Below are positions 29,188-41,049 of a stretch of 64,000 bases of DNA, piece by piece (the first letter of the stretch is position 1; each line of letters opens with the position of its first letter). The notes below the pieces were generated by a model. That model saw only the letters and a list, made by a program, of their open reading frames with translations. It ran no database searches and had not been told where the DNA came from. Source of the stretch: Thermovirgaceae bacterium (lineage in GTDB: Bacteria; Synergistota; Synergistia; Synergistales; Thermovirgaceae); the NCBI GenBank assembly GCA_040767805.1, contig JAXGNU010000001.1, positions 96,001-160,000 of the forward strand, read 5' to 3'. The position numbers and the translations under genes are program-made.

Positions 29188-30108
29188 TCAGGAACCGCAG
29201 CAGGCCATGAATCTTTTTGTCCCTTCGCGCGTTCCTTCCCATTGGGTCAAGGTATCCTTCACGTCGGTCTTCATCTGTTCCACCAGCAGGGAGACGGCGG
29301 GGAAGGCCTTTTCCATCCTGAGCCTCCGGAAAAGGAAAAGCGAAACCTCTCTTCCGTAGAGTTCGCCCCTGAAGCCGGGGATATAGGCCTCGCACCTGAG
29401 CCTTTCCTCGCCGGGGAAGGTGGGGTTCAGCCCGATGTTGACGGCGGCGGGGAGCGCATCCTTCCCGAAAGCGACCCCCCCGGCGTAAACGCCCCTGGCC
29501 GGTATTACTTTTATCCCCGGGAGTGAAAGGTTTATCGTCGGGAAGCCGATAGTTCTGCCCCTTCCGTCACCGCGGACGATAAGACCCCTGATCATGAAGG
29601 GGTGCCCGAGGTCGGCGGAGGCCCGGGGCAGGTCACCCCTGATGACGCGCTCTCTGATGTAACTGCTCCCGATCTTTCTCCCGGAAGGGGTGGCCACGGG
29701 GGGGACGATCTCGACCTCCCACCCCCGCCGGGAAGCGAGCTCTTTCAAAAGTACGGCGCCGCCCCGCCGATCCCTGCCGAAACGGAAGTCCTCCCCGACG
29801 ACGAGACCCCTGATGAAAAGCCTGTCCTCCAAGAACCCCAGGAAGTCATCGGGTTCCATCCCGGCCAGGTCCTTTGAAAAGTCCAGCCTGACGATTTCTG
29901 GAATCCCCAGGCATTTACCGAGGATGTCCTTTTCCGGCTCGGTAAAAAGGGGCAAAAAAGTTTTTTGGCCGAGAACAAGCTGTGGGTGAGGAAAAAAGGT
30001 CACGACGCACCAGGAATCGGACATGACCCGCGAAAGGTTTTCCGCGGCTTCGAAGAGCTTCCTGTGCCCAAGGTGGAAACCGTCAAAGGATCCAACCACG
30101 GCTATCAT
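29188..30108 (-). CDS. ribF: Bifunctional riboflavin kinase / FAD synthetase
   Basis: GSFDGFHLGH, VGEDFRFG, GRTIGFPTIN and NIGLNPTF motifs. Confidence 0.96.
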   Translation of the reverse strand: MIAVVGSFDGFHLGHRKLFEAAENLSRVMSDSWCVVTFFPHPQLVLGQKTFLPLFTEPEKDILGKCLGIPEIVRLDFSKDLAGMEPDDFLGFLEDRLFIRGLVVGEDFRFGRDRRGGAVLLKELASRRGWEVEIVPPVATPSGRKIGSSYIRERVIRGDLPRASADLGHPFMIRGLIVRGDGRGRTIGFPTINLSLPGIKVIPARGVYAGGVAFGKDALPAAVNIGLNPTFPGEERLRCEAYIPGFRGELYGREVSLFLFRRLRMEKAFPAVSLLVEQMKTDVKDTLTQWEGTREGTKRFMACCGS

Positions 30109-30111
30109 CGG

Positions 30112-31035
30112 TTACGGACCTTCCAGGATTATATTGGTGACGGGCCTGGCCAGGCAGGCGCCGTCTTCATGCACGACGCGGGCAAAGGACACCACGCCCT
30201 TCCCGAAGATCAGGACGTACCCTCCGGTTCCGTGTTCGCCCCAGCCCCTTCGGGCCAGTTTCCCCAACGGCAGGGGGCTGCCTGAAACGATCATCTCCTC
30301 CTCGGCGAGGGAGGCCTGGTAGGAGGTAAAACTGCCGGAAAGAGATGAAAAGGGCAGAATCTTCCCCTCGAGGGAGGAAGCGTCCGCCGTGGCCAGGTAG
30401 CCGCTGGGAAGCGCTTCGGACGCGGCGAAAGGCCCAAGGGATTCCCTCCGGAGGCTTAAAACGGCAGCGCCGCATCCCAGGGTTTCGCCTAGGTCCCTTA
30501 CGATGCTCCTGACGTAGGTGCCCTGTCGGCAGACCATCCTCAAGGGCACGTCCCGCCCTGCCTTTATGGGCCCCGTCCTCTCGAGAAAGGTTACCAGCAC
30601 CGGCCGAGCGGCAAGCCGCACATCCAGGCCCTCCCTTGCCAGGGCATGGGCCCTCCTGCCCTTGACCTTGACGGCCGAGAAGACCGGCGGTGTCTGGTCC
30701 CGGTACCCGTAAAGGGAGAACAGGGCCCTGTCGATGCTTTCCTCGTCGACCTCTCCGGGGTCCTCCTCTGATGCCACCTTGCCGGAAAGGTCGTCCGTGT
30801 CCGTCCTTACCCCGAGACGAGCGACGGCGAGGTAGGTCTTCGGCAGCATCATCACGAAACGGGACGCCCTGGTAGCTCTCCCGATCAGCAGGACGAGGAC
30901 ACCGGAAGCCGACTGGTCCAGGGTCCCCCCGTGGCCGACCCGCACTTTTCCGCCCAGGACCCTCTTCACCCGGGTCACGCATTGGGAACTCCTGGTGCCC
31001 GGAGCCTTGTCAATGACCAGAAAGCCCGATCTCAT
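30112..31035 (-). CDS. truB: tRNA pseudouridine(55) synthase
   Basis: GFLVIDK, VGHGGTLD, QTPPVFSAVKV and GTYVRS motifs. ATG at 31035 chosen. Confidence 0.95.
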   Translation of the reverse strand: MRSGFLVIDKAPGTRSSQCVTRVKRVLGGKVRVGHGGTLDQSASGVLVLLIGRATRASRFVMMLPKTYLAVARLGVRTDTDDLSGKVASEEDPGEVDEESIDRALFSLYGYRDQTPPVFSAVKVKGRRAHALAREGLDVRLAARPVLVTFLERTGPIKAGRDVPLRMVCRQGTYVRSIVRDLGETLGCGAAVLSLRRESLGPFAASEALPSGYLATADASSLEGKILPFSSLSGSFTSYQASLAEEEMIVSGSPLPLGKLARRGWGEHGTGGYVLIFGKGVVSFARVVHEDGACLARPVTNIILEGP

Positions 31036-31999
31036 CCAGATCCCCCAGCCTCGTGACAAAGGCCTCGAGCGACCTTTCCGGGTTGTCCTCCATCTTGCAC
31101 CCCGAGGCCCGCTCATGGCCGCCGCCGCCCCACAGGGCTGCTATCTCCCTGGCGTTAACGGGCTCCTTCGTACGGATGCTGACGCGGCAGGTTCCCTCCT
31201 CTTCCTGGAAAAGGGCGGCGACGGTCACACCCTTGACGGAAAGAAGCGCGTTGACCAGGTTCTCCGTGTCGTCCCTAGATGCCCCCAAGGCGGACAGGTC
31301 TTCCTTCGCCAGGTAGGTGGCGCAGACCCTGCCGTCAAGGTGAAGGGTGGCCCTTGAAAGTCCCCGGCCCCAAAGATGGAGTCCCTCGAGGGAACGGTTT
31401 TCATAAACCTCCTGGTAGAGCCGGTGAGGTTCGGCCCCCTTCGCTACCAGGTAGGCGGCGACCCTCAAGGTCCTCTCGTCGGTCGAGGCGAACCGGAAAA
31501 AACCCGTATCGGTAGCGATGGCCGTGAGGAGCGACCCTGCCGTTTCCACGGTGATACCCCACCGCGCCGCGATGAAAAGGTCATAGACCATCAAACCGAC
31601 CGAGGAAGCCCGGTCGTCCACCCAGTTAAGGGTACCGAACCTGGTATTGTCCCCGTGGTGATCGATATTAAGGACGATAGCCCTGTCCCCCGGGGATGGA
31701 AGCCCCCCGAGCGTCCTATCGGGGTTGCTCGTGTCCGTCACGATCACGGCCAAGTCCTCTGAAGGCAACCTGCTTTCAAGGGATCCCGCCGCGATGTACC
31801 TTTCATGGAAGGGCAAGAACCGGTAAGCCCGCGGGAAGGGGTCGGGGCCGAACCAAGAGCACTTCTTCCCTAGGGAGACACCTTGAAAGAAAAAGGCGCT
31901 CCCGCAACCCAGCGTATCACCGTCGGGCTTCTCGTGGGCCACGATGACCCACTCTGGGACCCTTTCAAGGATATCGATCATTCGCCGGAGGTCCTTCAA
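31010..31999 (-). CDS. DHH/DHHA1 family phosphoesterase (NrnA-like)
   Basis: HEKPDGD, NIDHH, TDTG and GGGGH motifs. TTG at 31999 overlaps the rbfA stop. Confidence 0.9.
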   Translation of the reverse strand: MKDLRRMIDILERVPEWVIVAHEKPDGDTLGCGSAFFFQGVSLGKKCSWFGPDPFPRAYRFLPFHERYIAAGSLESRLPSEDLAVIVTDTSNPDRTLGGLPSPGDRAIVLNIDHHGDNTRFGTLNWVDDRASSVGLMVYDLFIAARWGITVETAGSLLTAIATDTGFFRFASTDERTLRVAAYLVAKGAEPHRLYQEVYENRSLEGLHLWGRGLSRATLHLDGRVCATYLAKEDLSALGASRDDTENLVNALLSVKGVTVAALFQEEEGTCRVSIRTKEPVNAREIAALWGGGGHERASGCKMEDNPERSLEAFVTRLGDLDEIGLSGH

Positions 32000-32370
32000 G
32001 GGCCGGCATCCTCCCCGTCTTCCCCGCACCCGCGGAGACCCAGGCTGTCGAGTATGTTCTCTATGGCCTGCGCTCGGTCCTCGGTGGTGTCGTAAACAAA
32101 GTGAAGTTCGGGCACCTGCCTCAGGCGCATGCCCTTTCCAAGCAGCGACCTCAACACCCCTGCCGTCCTGTTAAGGGAAACCTCCACTGTTTCCCGGCTG
32201 CCCGGGGTAAGGGTCCTGAAGAAAACCTTGGCGTGGGAGAGGTCCTTGCTGCAGACGACCTCCGACAATACGGCGTCCCTCAGGGAATCATCCTTGATCC
32301 TAGTCCTTATCAGGTCTGAGATCCGTCGGAGCAGCTCCCTGTTTATCCTTTCAATCCTGAAAGACGGCAT
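31996..32370 (-). CDS. rbfA: Ribosome-binding factor A
   Basis: RIERIN, SKDLSHAKVF and LRQVPELHFVYD motifs. Confidence 0.95.
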   Translation of the reverse strand: MPSFRIERINRELLRRISDLIRTRIKDDSLRDAVLSEVVCSKDLSHAKVFFRTLTPGSRETVEVSLNRTAGVLRSLLGKGMRLRQVPELHFVYDTTEDRAQAIENILDSLGLRGCGEDGEDAGP

Positions 32371-32677
32371 GTCCTTCTACCTCTTTCTTCTCGCGGACAA
32401 GAAAGAAGTCTCCCTTTTCTTCCATCGAACGGACCAGCCGTATTATCGAATCGAGCCTTTCTTCCGCTTCGTGATGGGAGGACGAGAGGGCGGAAAAAGC
32501 AAGGAGGCCGTCCTGGCATGAACCATCAGGACCGAGGTCGGCCGCGGAGACGTTGAACCGGTTCCGCGCCCTCTCAAGGATGGACCTTGTCACCTGTCTC
32601 CTGTCCTTCAGGCTCGCGGCTTCGGGTATCTTCAGGTGAACGAACAGCATGCCGCAGAAGGCGGCCCGTTCCCTCAT
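32351..32677 (-). CDS. DUF503 (YlxP) protein
   Basis: SLKDRRQV...RNRFNVSAA motif, located between infB and rbfA. Confidence 0.88.
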   Translation of the reverse strand: MRERAAFCGMLFVHLKIPEAASLKDRRQVTRSILERARNRFNVSAADLGPDGSCQDGLLAFSALSSSHHEAEERLDSIIRLVRSMEEKGDFFLVREKKEVEGHAVFQD

Positions 32678-34629
32678 CTTTCCAGGGTTCTCCTTTCCTC
32701 GACGAGTTCAAAGGCTTCTACGATGTCGCCCTCCTGGAAATCCTGCTGGTTCGAGAAGCTCATGCCGCATTCGTATCCCGCCGATACTTCCCTGGCATCA
32801 TCCTTGAATCTCCTGAGAGCTGAGAGGCTCCCTTCCCAAAAAACGACGCCTTCCCTTATGAGCCTCACCTTCGCCCCCCGCTTGATCACGCCTTCGGTCA
32901 CGTAGCAGCCGGCGACCTTCCCCGCCCTCGGCACCCTGAAGAGCGCGCGGATTTCGGCCTGCCCCAGGACGTGCTCTCTAAGGGTCGGCGCCAGCATGCC
33001 TTCAAGAGCGGCATGGACATCCTCTATGACGTCGTAGATGATACTGTAAAGCCTGATCTGGACCCCTTCATCCTCGGCGATCCTCCTGGCATTGGGGGCG
33101 GGCCTTACATTGAATCCTATGATTATGGCGTTCGAGGCGGAAGCCAGCGTCACGTCCGACTCCGATATCCTCCCTACGCCCCCATGGACGAACTGGATAC
33201 CCACCTCGTCGGTCTCGATCTTTTTAAGGGAGGCCTTCAGGGCTTCGAGGGAACCCTGGACATCGCATTTGAGGACAATTGGAAGAACCGGTGTCTCCCC
33301 CATCTGCATCCGGTCGTACATCTCCTCGAGAGTTATCTTCCTCGACGGGGTGGTACCCGACTCTTTTCTCGCGGCCTCCCTGTCGCTGATCGCTTGGCGG
33401 GCTTCCTTTTCACTGGGAGCGACGGAGAACAGCTCACCCGGTTGCGGCACCGCCGAAAAACCCAGCACCTCGACGGCCGTACTGGGGCCGGCCTCGTCGG
33501 TCTGGTTCCCGGCGTCGTCTATCATGGCCCTGATTCTTCCCCAGGCCGAATCGGTCTGGACGATATCGCCCCTTCTCAAGGTACCCTGTTGAACCAAGAC
33601 GGTTGCAACGGGCCCCTTGCCCTTGTCAAGCCTGGCCTCGATCACGGTCCCTTCGGGCGAGATGGTAGGGTCGGCTTTCAGTTCTAGGAGATCGGCCACG
33701 ATCAGGACCATTTCCAACAGTTGATCTATCCCCTGGCCGGTAACGGCCGAAATATCGACGGCGATCGTGTCCCCGCCCCACTCCTCGGGGACGAGACCGT
33801 GGTCCGACAGTTGCTGTCGGACCCGGTCGGGCCTGGCCTCGGGTTTGTCGATCTTGTTGACGGCCACCACGATCGGGACACCCGAAGCCTTGGCGTGATT
33901 CAGGGCTTCCAGCGTCTGGGGCTTGACGCCGTCGTCGGCGGCGACCACCAGGATCACGATGTCCGTGGCCTGGGCCCCCCTGGCCCTCATGGCCGTGAAA
34001 GCCTCGTGGCCGGGGGTGTCCAGGAAGACGATCCTTTTCCCCTTATGGACCACCGTGGAAGCGCCGATATGCTGCGTGATTCCTCCCGCCTCGGTCTCGG
34101 TGATCCTTGTTTTCCTGATATGGTCAAGAAGGGTTGTTTTCCCGTGGTCCACGTGGCCCATGACGGTTATTATGGGAGCCCTTTCCTGGAGGTTCTCCCC
34201 CTTGAAAACGGGCTTTTTCCTCACCACCGCGCTCTCGCCCGGGGTCCCTTCGTCGCCAGCCGCGATCTCAAAACCTAGTTCATCGGAGAGGACCTGGAGG
34301 ATCTCATCGGTGACGGGGGAGTTGGCAGGGACCATGTGGCCCGAGGAGACCAGTATCCTGACCAGTTCCCCGGCTTTTTTATCCAGGAGGGTCGCCACAT
34401 CGTTGATCAGGGCTCCCTTGGGGATGACCACCTTTTTAGCCGGTTTTTCCTCCCTGGGGGGCCTTTTGCTCTCCTCGCGGAGGGCATCCTCCACCAGCTG
34501 TGCCGTCTCGGATTCAATGGAGTTCATATGATTGCTGACCTCAATACCGAGGTCTTTCAGCAGGTCCATCATTTCCTTGTTGGATCTTCCCAGCATCTTC
34601 GCCAGTTCATAGACCCTGATCTTGCTCAT
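32674..34629 (-). CDS. infB: Translation initiation factor IF-2
   Basis: [32 protein letters not shown] and NKID motifs. Confidence 0.99.
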   Translation of the reverse strand: MSKIRVYELAKMLGRSNKEMMDLLKDLGIEVSNHMNSIESETAQLVEDALREESKRPPREEKPAKKVVIPKGALINDVATLLDKKAGELVRILVSSGHMVPANSPVTDEILQVLSDELGFEIAAGDEGTPGESAVVRKKPVFKGENLQERAPIITVMGHVDHGKTTLLDHIRKTRITETEAGGITQHIGASTVVHKGKRIVFLDTPGHEAFTAMRARGAQATDIVILVVAADDGVKPQTLEALNHAKASGVPIVVAVNKIDKPEARPDRVRQQLSDHGLVPEEWGGDTIAVDISAVTGQGIDQLLEMVLIVADLLELKADPTISPEGTVIEARLDKGKGPVATVLVQQGTLRRGDIVQTDSAWGRIRAMIDDAGNQTDEAGPSTAVEVLGFSAVPQPGELFSVAPSEKEARQAISDREAARKESGTTPSRKITLEEMYDRMQMGETPVLPIVLKCDVQGSLEALKASLKKIETDEVGIQFVHGGVGRISESDVTLASASNAIIIGFNVRPAPNARRIAEDEGVQIRLYSIIYDVIEDVHAALEGMLAPTLREHVLGQAEIRALFRVPRAGKVAGCYVTEGVIKRGAKVRLIREGVVFWEGSLSALRRFKDDAREVSAGYECGMSFSNQQDFQEGDIVEAFELVEERRTLER

Positions 34630-34951
34630 TACTATCGACCTCCCCGGCCACTAACTTTTCAATCTTACCCGACAACCCGTTACCAAGGGGCAGGCCGACG
34701 ATCTGGGTTTGCCCCGTTGAGAGCAGTCGTCCCAATTCTTCCCTTCCGAGAGACCCGGAGACGATGACACGGCAAGCTCCTCTCCTCCTGTACCCTTCGA
34801 TCATGGATCTAACGTTCGACGAGTGGTCCCGGGTCAGGACCACCATGAGCCTGGTCCCTTTCCTGAGTTCGGCCCTGACGGCGTCCTGCCCCACGCGGAG
34901 CACCCCGGCCTTCCTCGCGATACCGAAAAGGCCGTGCAGTTTTTCATCCAA
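34607..34951 (-). CDS. L7Ae family RNA-binding protein (YlxQ-like)
   Basis: LFGIARKAG and REELGRLL motifs, located directly upstream of infB. Confidence 0.8.
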   Translation of the reverse strand: MDEKLHGLFGIARKAGVLRVGQDAVRAELRKGTRLMVVLTRDHSSNVRSMIEGYRRRGACRVIVSGSLGREELGRLLSTGQTQIVGLPLGNGLSGKIEKLVAGEVDSNEQDQGL

Positions 34952-35264
34952 GGCCGTCTTCCCCCCCTGGATCGGGGTCGCCCCTTTCCTCGAGCAGGAT
35001 CTTCAGGGAAGAAATGAGCTTTTCCGGCAACGGCGCCCTGAGGGACCGAGCCAGTTGCTTTTTTTTCAAGGCCAGTTCAAGACACGCTAGTTTCCGGCAG
35101 ATATAAGCGCCCCTTCCCGGGGCCCTCCCGGAGGGATCGACGACGACCTCCCCGTCGGGGCGCCGGACGATCCGAAGCAAGTCCCTTTTGGGAAATTCCC
35201 CCCCGCAACCTGTACAGGTCCTGGGCCTTCTCCTTTTTTCGCGGACGGCACCCGTTCCCGTCAC
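34944..35264 (-). CDS. ylxR: YlxR/RnpM (DUF448) protein
   Basis: PRTCTGC, KRDLLRIV and GRGAYIC motifs. Confidence 0.92.
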   Translation of the reverse strand: MTGTGAVREKRRRPRTCTGCGGEFPKRDLLRIVRRPDGEVVVDPSGRAPGRGAYICRKLACLELALKKKQLARSLRAPLPEKLISSLKILLEERGDPDPGGEDGLG

Positions 35265-36370
35265 GATTCAACCTCTTCAGGGTTGATGAGTTCATCGAAC
35301 AGGTCCTGGAGGGTCGGTAATTTTTCGGGTTCAAGGACCTTGATGTCGATCTTCCATTTGGTCAGTCGAGCCGCGAGCCTGACATTCTGACCGGCTTTAC
35401 CTATGGCCAGGGAAAGGTGGTCCGGCCTCACGAAGACCTGGACGGCTCTCTCCTGTTCAAGTACGGGTTCGACTTTCAGGACCCTGGCCGGCGACAGGGC
35501 GTTCCTGATGAAGACCAGGGGATCGCTGCTCCAGACGACCACGTCGATCCTTTCGCCCCCCAGTTCCTTGCTTATGGACTTGATCCTGGCGCCGGCGTTG
35601 CCGATACAGGCTCCAACGGGGTCCACGTTGGGGTCCAGGGTGGATACGGCCACCTTGGCCCTCACCCCTGATTCCCTCACGATCTCCCTGATCTCGATGG
35701 TCCCCTCCCTAACCTCGGGGATCTCCAGTTCCAGGAGTTTCCTGAGCAACCCGGGGTGACTTCGGGAGACGATTATCTTGGGACCCCTGGTGGTCTGCCT
35801 CACTTCTACGAGGTAAAACTTCATCCTGCTCCCAAGGGCGTAGGATTCACCCACTATCCTCTCCTCCCTTGGGAGTATCGCTTCGGTCCTGTCGTTGAGC
35901 CTGACCAGGACCTGGTCGTCCTCTGATTTGAACACCACCCCGTTGATCAGGTCGCCGATCTTGTCGGAGAATTCCTCGTAGATGATCTGCCTCTCGGCAT
36001 CCTTCAGCCTTTGTATGATGACCTGCCGGGCGGTCTGGGCCGCAATGCGCCCGAACTTTTCCGGTTCGACCTCCACCCGGACTATATCCCCAACCTCTAC
36101 ATCGTTGAAGCCAAGGCCTGCAGCGTCTTCCAGGGTCAGTTCCGTGTCGGGGTCGCTGATCTCATCGACGATCTGCCGGACCTCGCAGATGGAGATCTCC
36201 CCACTCTCGAGGGCCACGTAAACCTCGATATTCTGGTTGCCCCCCCTGTACTTTCGGTAGGCCGACACAAGGGCCGCTTCCAGGCCCGAGGATATGACCT
36301 CCAGGGGTAGATTCCTCTCCTGCGTTATCTGCTTCAGGGCTCGAAGGAAATCACGTCCCAGCTGCATCAC
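35261..36370 (-). CDS. nusA: Transcription termination factor NusA
   Basis: FGRIAAQTARQVIIQR, DPVGACIG and AIGKAGQNVRLA motifs. Confidence 0.98.
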   Translation of the reverse strand: MMQLGRDFLRALKQITQERNLPLEVISSGLEAALVSAYRKYRGGNQNIEVYVALESGEISICEVRQIVDEISDPDTELTLEDAAGLGFNDVEVGDIVRVEVEPEKFGRIAAQTARQVIIQRLKDAERQIIYEEFSDKIGDLINGVVFKSEDDQVLVRLNDRTEAILPREERIVGESYALGSRMKFYLVEVRQTTRGPKIIVSRSHPGLLRKLLELEIPEVREGTIEIREIVRESGVRAKVAVSTLDPNVDPVGACIGNAGARIKSISKELGGERIDVVVWSSDPLVFIRNALSPARVLKVEPVLEQERAVQVFVRPDHLSLAIGKAGQNVRLAARLTKWKIDIKVLEPEKLPTLQDLFDELINPEEVES

Positions 36371-36894
36371 TGCTGCCCCCTTTTCTTCTTTCCCTTGACT
36401 TCGGGCCCGGACGGGCCAGGCATTTCAAAGAGAAGGTTCGCCCTTGAAATATCGGCGAAGGGAAGGGCGACCTCTCCCAATTCATCCTCATCGAACCGGA
36501 CGACATCCCCCGAGGCGGACAGGATGGTCCCGGTCAGGTTCTTGCGGCCGTCAACGCCCTCCTTGAGCCGGACCTTCGCCCTCTTTCCCGCGAAGCGTCC
36601 ATAGTCGGACAAGGTCATAAGCGGCCGCTCGACCCCCGGGGAACTCACCTGGAGGAAGTATCTATCGGGAAGCCCGGGGTAGAGATCATCCAGCATCCTT
36701 CCCAGTTTCCTCGATACGACCTCGCAATCCTTCACGTTGATGCCCCCCAGGCTGTCCAACAACACCCTGAGCACAGGGCGGCCCTCTTCCATGATCAGTT
36801 CCGACCAGACGTACTCGTAACCCGAGGCCTCCACCAGTTCCCTGATGGAGCCATGCATCCGACGCAGGGCATCCCTTTCGACAGGTCTTGTCAT
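36367..36894 (-). CDS. rimP: Ribosome maturation factor RimP
   Basis: DCEVVSR and YFLQVSSPGVERPL motifs. ATG at 36894 chosen. Confidence 0.93.
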   Translation of the reverse strand: MTRPVERDALRRMHGSIRELVEASGYEYVWSELIMEEGRPVLRVLLDSLGGINVKDCEVVSRKLGRMLDDLYPGLPDRYFLQVSSPGVERPLMTLSDYGRFAGKRAKVRLKEGVDGRKNLTGTILSASGDVVRFDEDELGEVALPFADISRANLLFEMPGPSGPEVKGKKKRGQQ

Positions 36895-36945
36895 CCTCAA
36901 AGCACCACCTGATGCATATCCTTTGTTCATATCATAAAAGTTGAT

Positions 36946-36978
36946 AAAAAACGAAGAGCAGGATCCCCCTGCTCTTCG
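36946..36978 (-). terminator. Leader terminator/attenuator upstream of rimP
   Basis: CGAAGAGCAGG-GGGAT-CCTGCTCTTCG-TTTTTT (11-bp stem). Confidence 0.85.
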
Positions 36979-37013
36979 CCCAACCGAACCTTTTAGGCGG
37001 TTCATCTGGAATG

Positions 37014-37043
37014 AGTATATCACGCCCTCGGGTACTTTTACAA
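37014..37043 (-). promoter_or_regulatory. Promoter of the rimP-nusA-infB operon
   Basis: TTGTAA-18-TATACT with a TG extension. Confidence 0.6.
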
Positions 37044-37106
37044 CTAAAGGTATCCCTTGCCAGGGGTTACGGCCCCATAACGGCAAGTCCTCAAGGACCG
37101 TCGCAG

Positions 37107-38612
<1,506 letters not shown>

Positions 38613-38691
38613 TCACCCTTGGTTTGCTTGGGCTCTGTTGGCAGAGAGTCTAAACGAAAGAACCCCTTTTCGGCAATAGCCGCACTTCGGC

Positions 38692-39882
38692 CTAAATGCT
38701 ACCCCCGCCGGGGTCATCACCGCCCTCGGTGCCCCTCCCCCGAAGGACGGCAATGGCCCAGCACCTCATAGCCTCGCCCTTCCCCACGTCGCCTGCGCCC
38801 TCGCCCGATTTGAACTTGAGGGAGACCGAACCCTCCCCTCCCCTCAAAAGGACCTTGGAAAGACTGTCCCGGATTGGGCCGTGCATGGACGCAAGCCGCG
38901 GGACCTGGGCGTTGACGACGGCATCCACGGACAAAACCCTGTACCCCCTTCGATGGAGCATGTCTACCGCTTCCTCGAGGAGGTCAAGGCTCCGTACGCC
39001 CTTGAAACGCTCTTGCGACGAGGGGAACAGGGTTCCTATGTCGGGAAGGCCCGCCGCGCCGAGTATCGCGTCGGCCACGGCGTGGCAAAGGAGGTCTCCG
39101 TCGGAGTGCCCCGAAAGGCCCAGGGCGAAGGGTATCCTGATCCCCCCGAGCACCAGCGGGACCCCTGGAACCAGCGGGTGGACATCAAACCCGAGGCCCG
39201 TCCTGACGTCCCCTGTTCCTTTCACCACGCGGCGGGCCATTTCAAGGTCTTCGGGAAAAGTAATCTTGAAGTTCAAGGGGTCGCCCCGGACCCAGCCGGG
39301 TACTCTTCCCGAAGCCAGCCATGCTTCGGCTTCATCGCGGTTCTTGCCAGGGGCCCCTTCCAGCACGTTCTTGATCTCACCCACGGGATAAGCCTGGGGA
39401 GTCTGGGTCGCGAGGAGATCTTCACGGGGCACGCTTGCCGCGATAACACCCTCCCTGGCCGTTTTTAACGCGTCCGTCACCGGCAGCACGGGGATGGCAG
39501 AACCCACCTCCACGGCCTTGCCCATGAGCCGTCGACACAGTTCCGTGGAGACAAAGGGGCGTGCGGCGTCATGGATCATCGCCATTTCCCCTTTTGCCGC
39601 TTTTAGACCGAGCAGGACGGAGTCCCTCCTGCTCTCGCCTCCGGCTACGACCTCGACTTCCATCTCCTTTTGAAGGGTGGAGGCTTCTTTATGGAAAGAG
39701 GACTCCATCCCGGGAGGCGCTACCAGGATCAACCGGTCCACCCCGGCGCTTTTCATTTTCACCGCGGTCCCGGCGGACCAGGCCCAGAGGGGGAGCCCTC
39801 CCAGTTCCTCGAACTGCTTCGGGGGACCCCCGAACCTCTTCCCCCTGCCGGCGGCCACGATCAGGAAGGACCATCCCGTCAC
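38692..39882 (-). CDS. ispDF: Bifunctional IspD/IspF (MEP pathway)
   Basis: AAGRGKRF...KQF, IHDAARP, QTPQ and NFKIT (IspD), then GFDVH and GHSDGD (IspF). Confidence 0.93.
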   Translation of the reverse strand: MTGWSFLIVAAGRGKRFGGPPKQFEELGGLPLWAWSAGTAVKMKSAGVDRLILVAPPGMESSFHKEASTLQKEMEVEVVAGGESRRDSVLLGLKAAKGEMAMIHDAARPFVSTELCRRLMGKAVEVGSAIPVLPVTDALKTAREGVIAASVPREDLLATQTPQAYPVGEIKNVLEGAPGKNRDEAEAWLASGRVPGWVRGDPLNFKITFPEDLEMARRVVKGTGDVRTGLGFDVHPLVPGVPLVLGGIRIPFALGLSGHSDGDLLCHAVADAILGAAGLPDIGTLFPSSQERFKGVRSLDLLEEAVDMLHRRGYRVLSVDAVVNAQVPRLASMHGPIRDSLSKVLLRGGEGSVSLKFKSGEGAGDVGKGEAMRCWAIAVLRGRGTEGGDDPGGGSI

Positions 39883-41045
39883 GGGCGGACCTCTTTCCTG
39901 ATCCTGCCGAAGACCATCCTCCCCGCCGAAGTCTGGAGCATGGAAGTCACGACCACCTCCACCCTTTTCCCGATGTAGTCCTCACCGCTCTCAACGACTA
40001 TCATGGTCCCGTCGTCGAGATAACCCACGCCCTGCTGGGGTTCCTTGCCTTCGCGCAGGACATCGACCGTGATGGCTTCGCCGGGGAGCAGGCTGGGTTT
40101 CAGCGCGTTGGCCAGTTCGTTGACGTTGAGGACGCTCACACCTTGGATCTGGGCGATCTTGTTCAGATTGTAGTCGGTGGTCATCACCTTGGCGGCCAGC
40201 TCCTTGGCGAGGACCACAAGTCCCTCATCGACGGAATCCACGTCGAAATCCTTCAGGGTCACTTCCAGGATCTGTACGGAGACGTCGGAGAGCTGCCGCA
40301 GTTCGTTGATGATGTCCAGTCCCCTTCTCCCCTTGGTCCTCCTGGTCGGGTCCGAGGAATCCGCTATGGTCTGGAGTTCGTTCAGGATGAACCTGGGCAG
40401 GATGAACGGTCCTTCCAGGAAGCCCGTAGCGGCTATCTCCAGGATCCTGCCGTCGATAATGACGCTCGTGTCGAGGAGCTTCACGGCGGGTCTTTCATTG
40501 CCGGGCTCGATGGCCAGTTCGGCGAGGGCGTTGTCACCGCTCTCCTTCGTCCTCTTGCCCCGGATGCTGAAACGCTGCTTCAGCCCCCCTATGGAACTCC
40601 ACATCCCGTGGATCTCTTCCTTCCTTTTCAGGAAAAGGGTGGCCCCGAGGTAGCCGAGGACGACGTTGAGAAGGACCGCCAGGTAACTCCCCACCACGGG
40701 CAGGTCGGCGAAGGGGAGGGCGGCCAGGTTGGCCACGATAAGGCCCGCGATGAGTCCGGCCAGGGCTACGGAGATGTCGTGCCAACTGAGGGTTTCAAGG
40801 TTCTTTTCAAAGGATAATCCTATAAAGCCGAGTAATCTCACGAAAAATGGGGTTACCAGGTAACCAATCAGGGCAAAAAGGACTACCCCGAAAAAAAAGG
40901 GAATAAAGGAAAAGTGGAAGGTCCCTTTCGGCCACCAGTCCTGCAAAACAGCTATCCTGACCACCTGGTAGCCCGCCACGCCGCCAAGGAAGACGAAAAT
41001 AGCCCTTGCCAGGTAAAGCATCAGTTTGAATATTCCTTCGGCCAT
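39879..41045 (-). CDS. PIN/TRAM domain membrane protein (YacL-like)
   Basis: Four TM helices, KLLDTSVIIDGRI, GRRGLD, QGVGYLDDGTMIVVE and LQTSAGRMVF motifs. Confidence 0.92.
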   Translation of the reverse strand: MAEGIFKLMLYLARAIFVFLGGVAGYQVVRIAVLQDWWPKGTFHFSFIPFFFGVVLFALIGYLVTPFFVRLLGFIGLSFEKNLETLSWHDISVALAGLIAGLIVANLAALPFADLPVVGSYLAVLLNVVLGYLGATLFLKRKEEIHGMWSSIGGLKQRFSIRGKRTKESGDNALAELAIEPGNERPAVKLLDTSVIIDGRILEIAATGFLEGPFILPRFILNELQTIADSSDPTRRTKGRRGLDIINELRQLSDVSVQILEVTLKDFDVDSVDEGLVVLAKELAAKVMTTDYNLNKIAQIQGVSVLNVNELANALKPSLLPGEAITVDVLREGKEPQQGVGYLDDGTMIVVESGEDYIGKRVEVVVTSMLQTSAGRMVFGRIRKEVRP

Positions 41046-41049
41046 GTTC

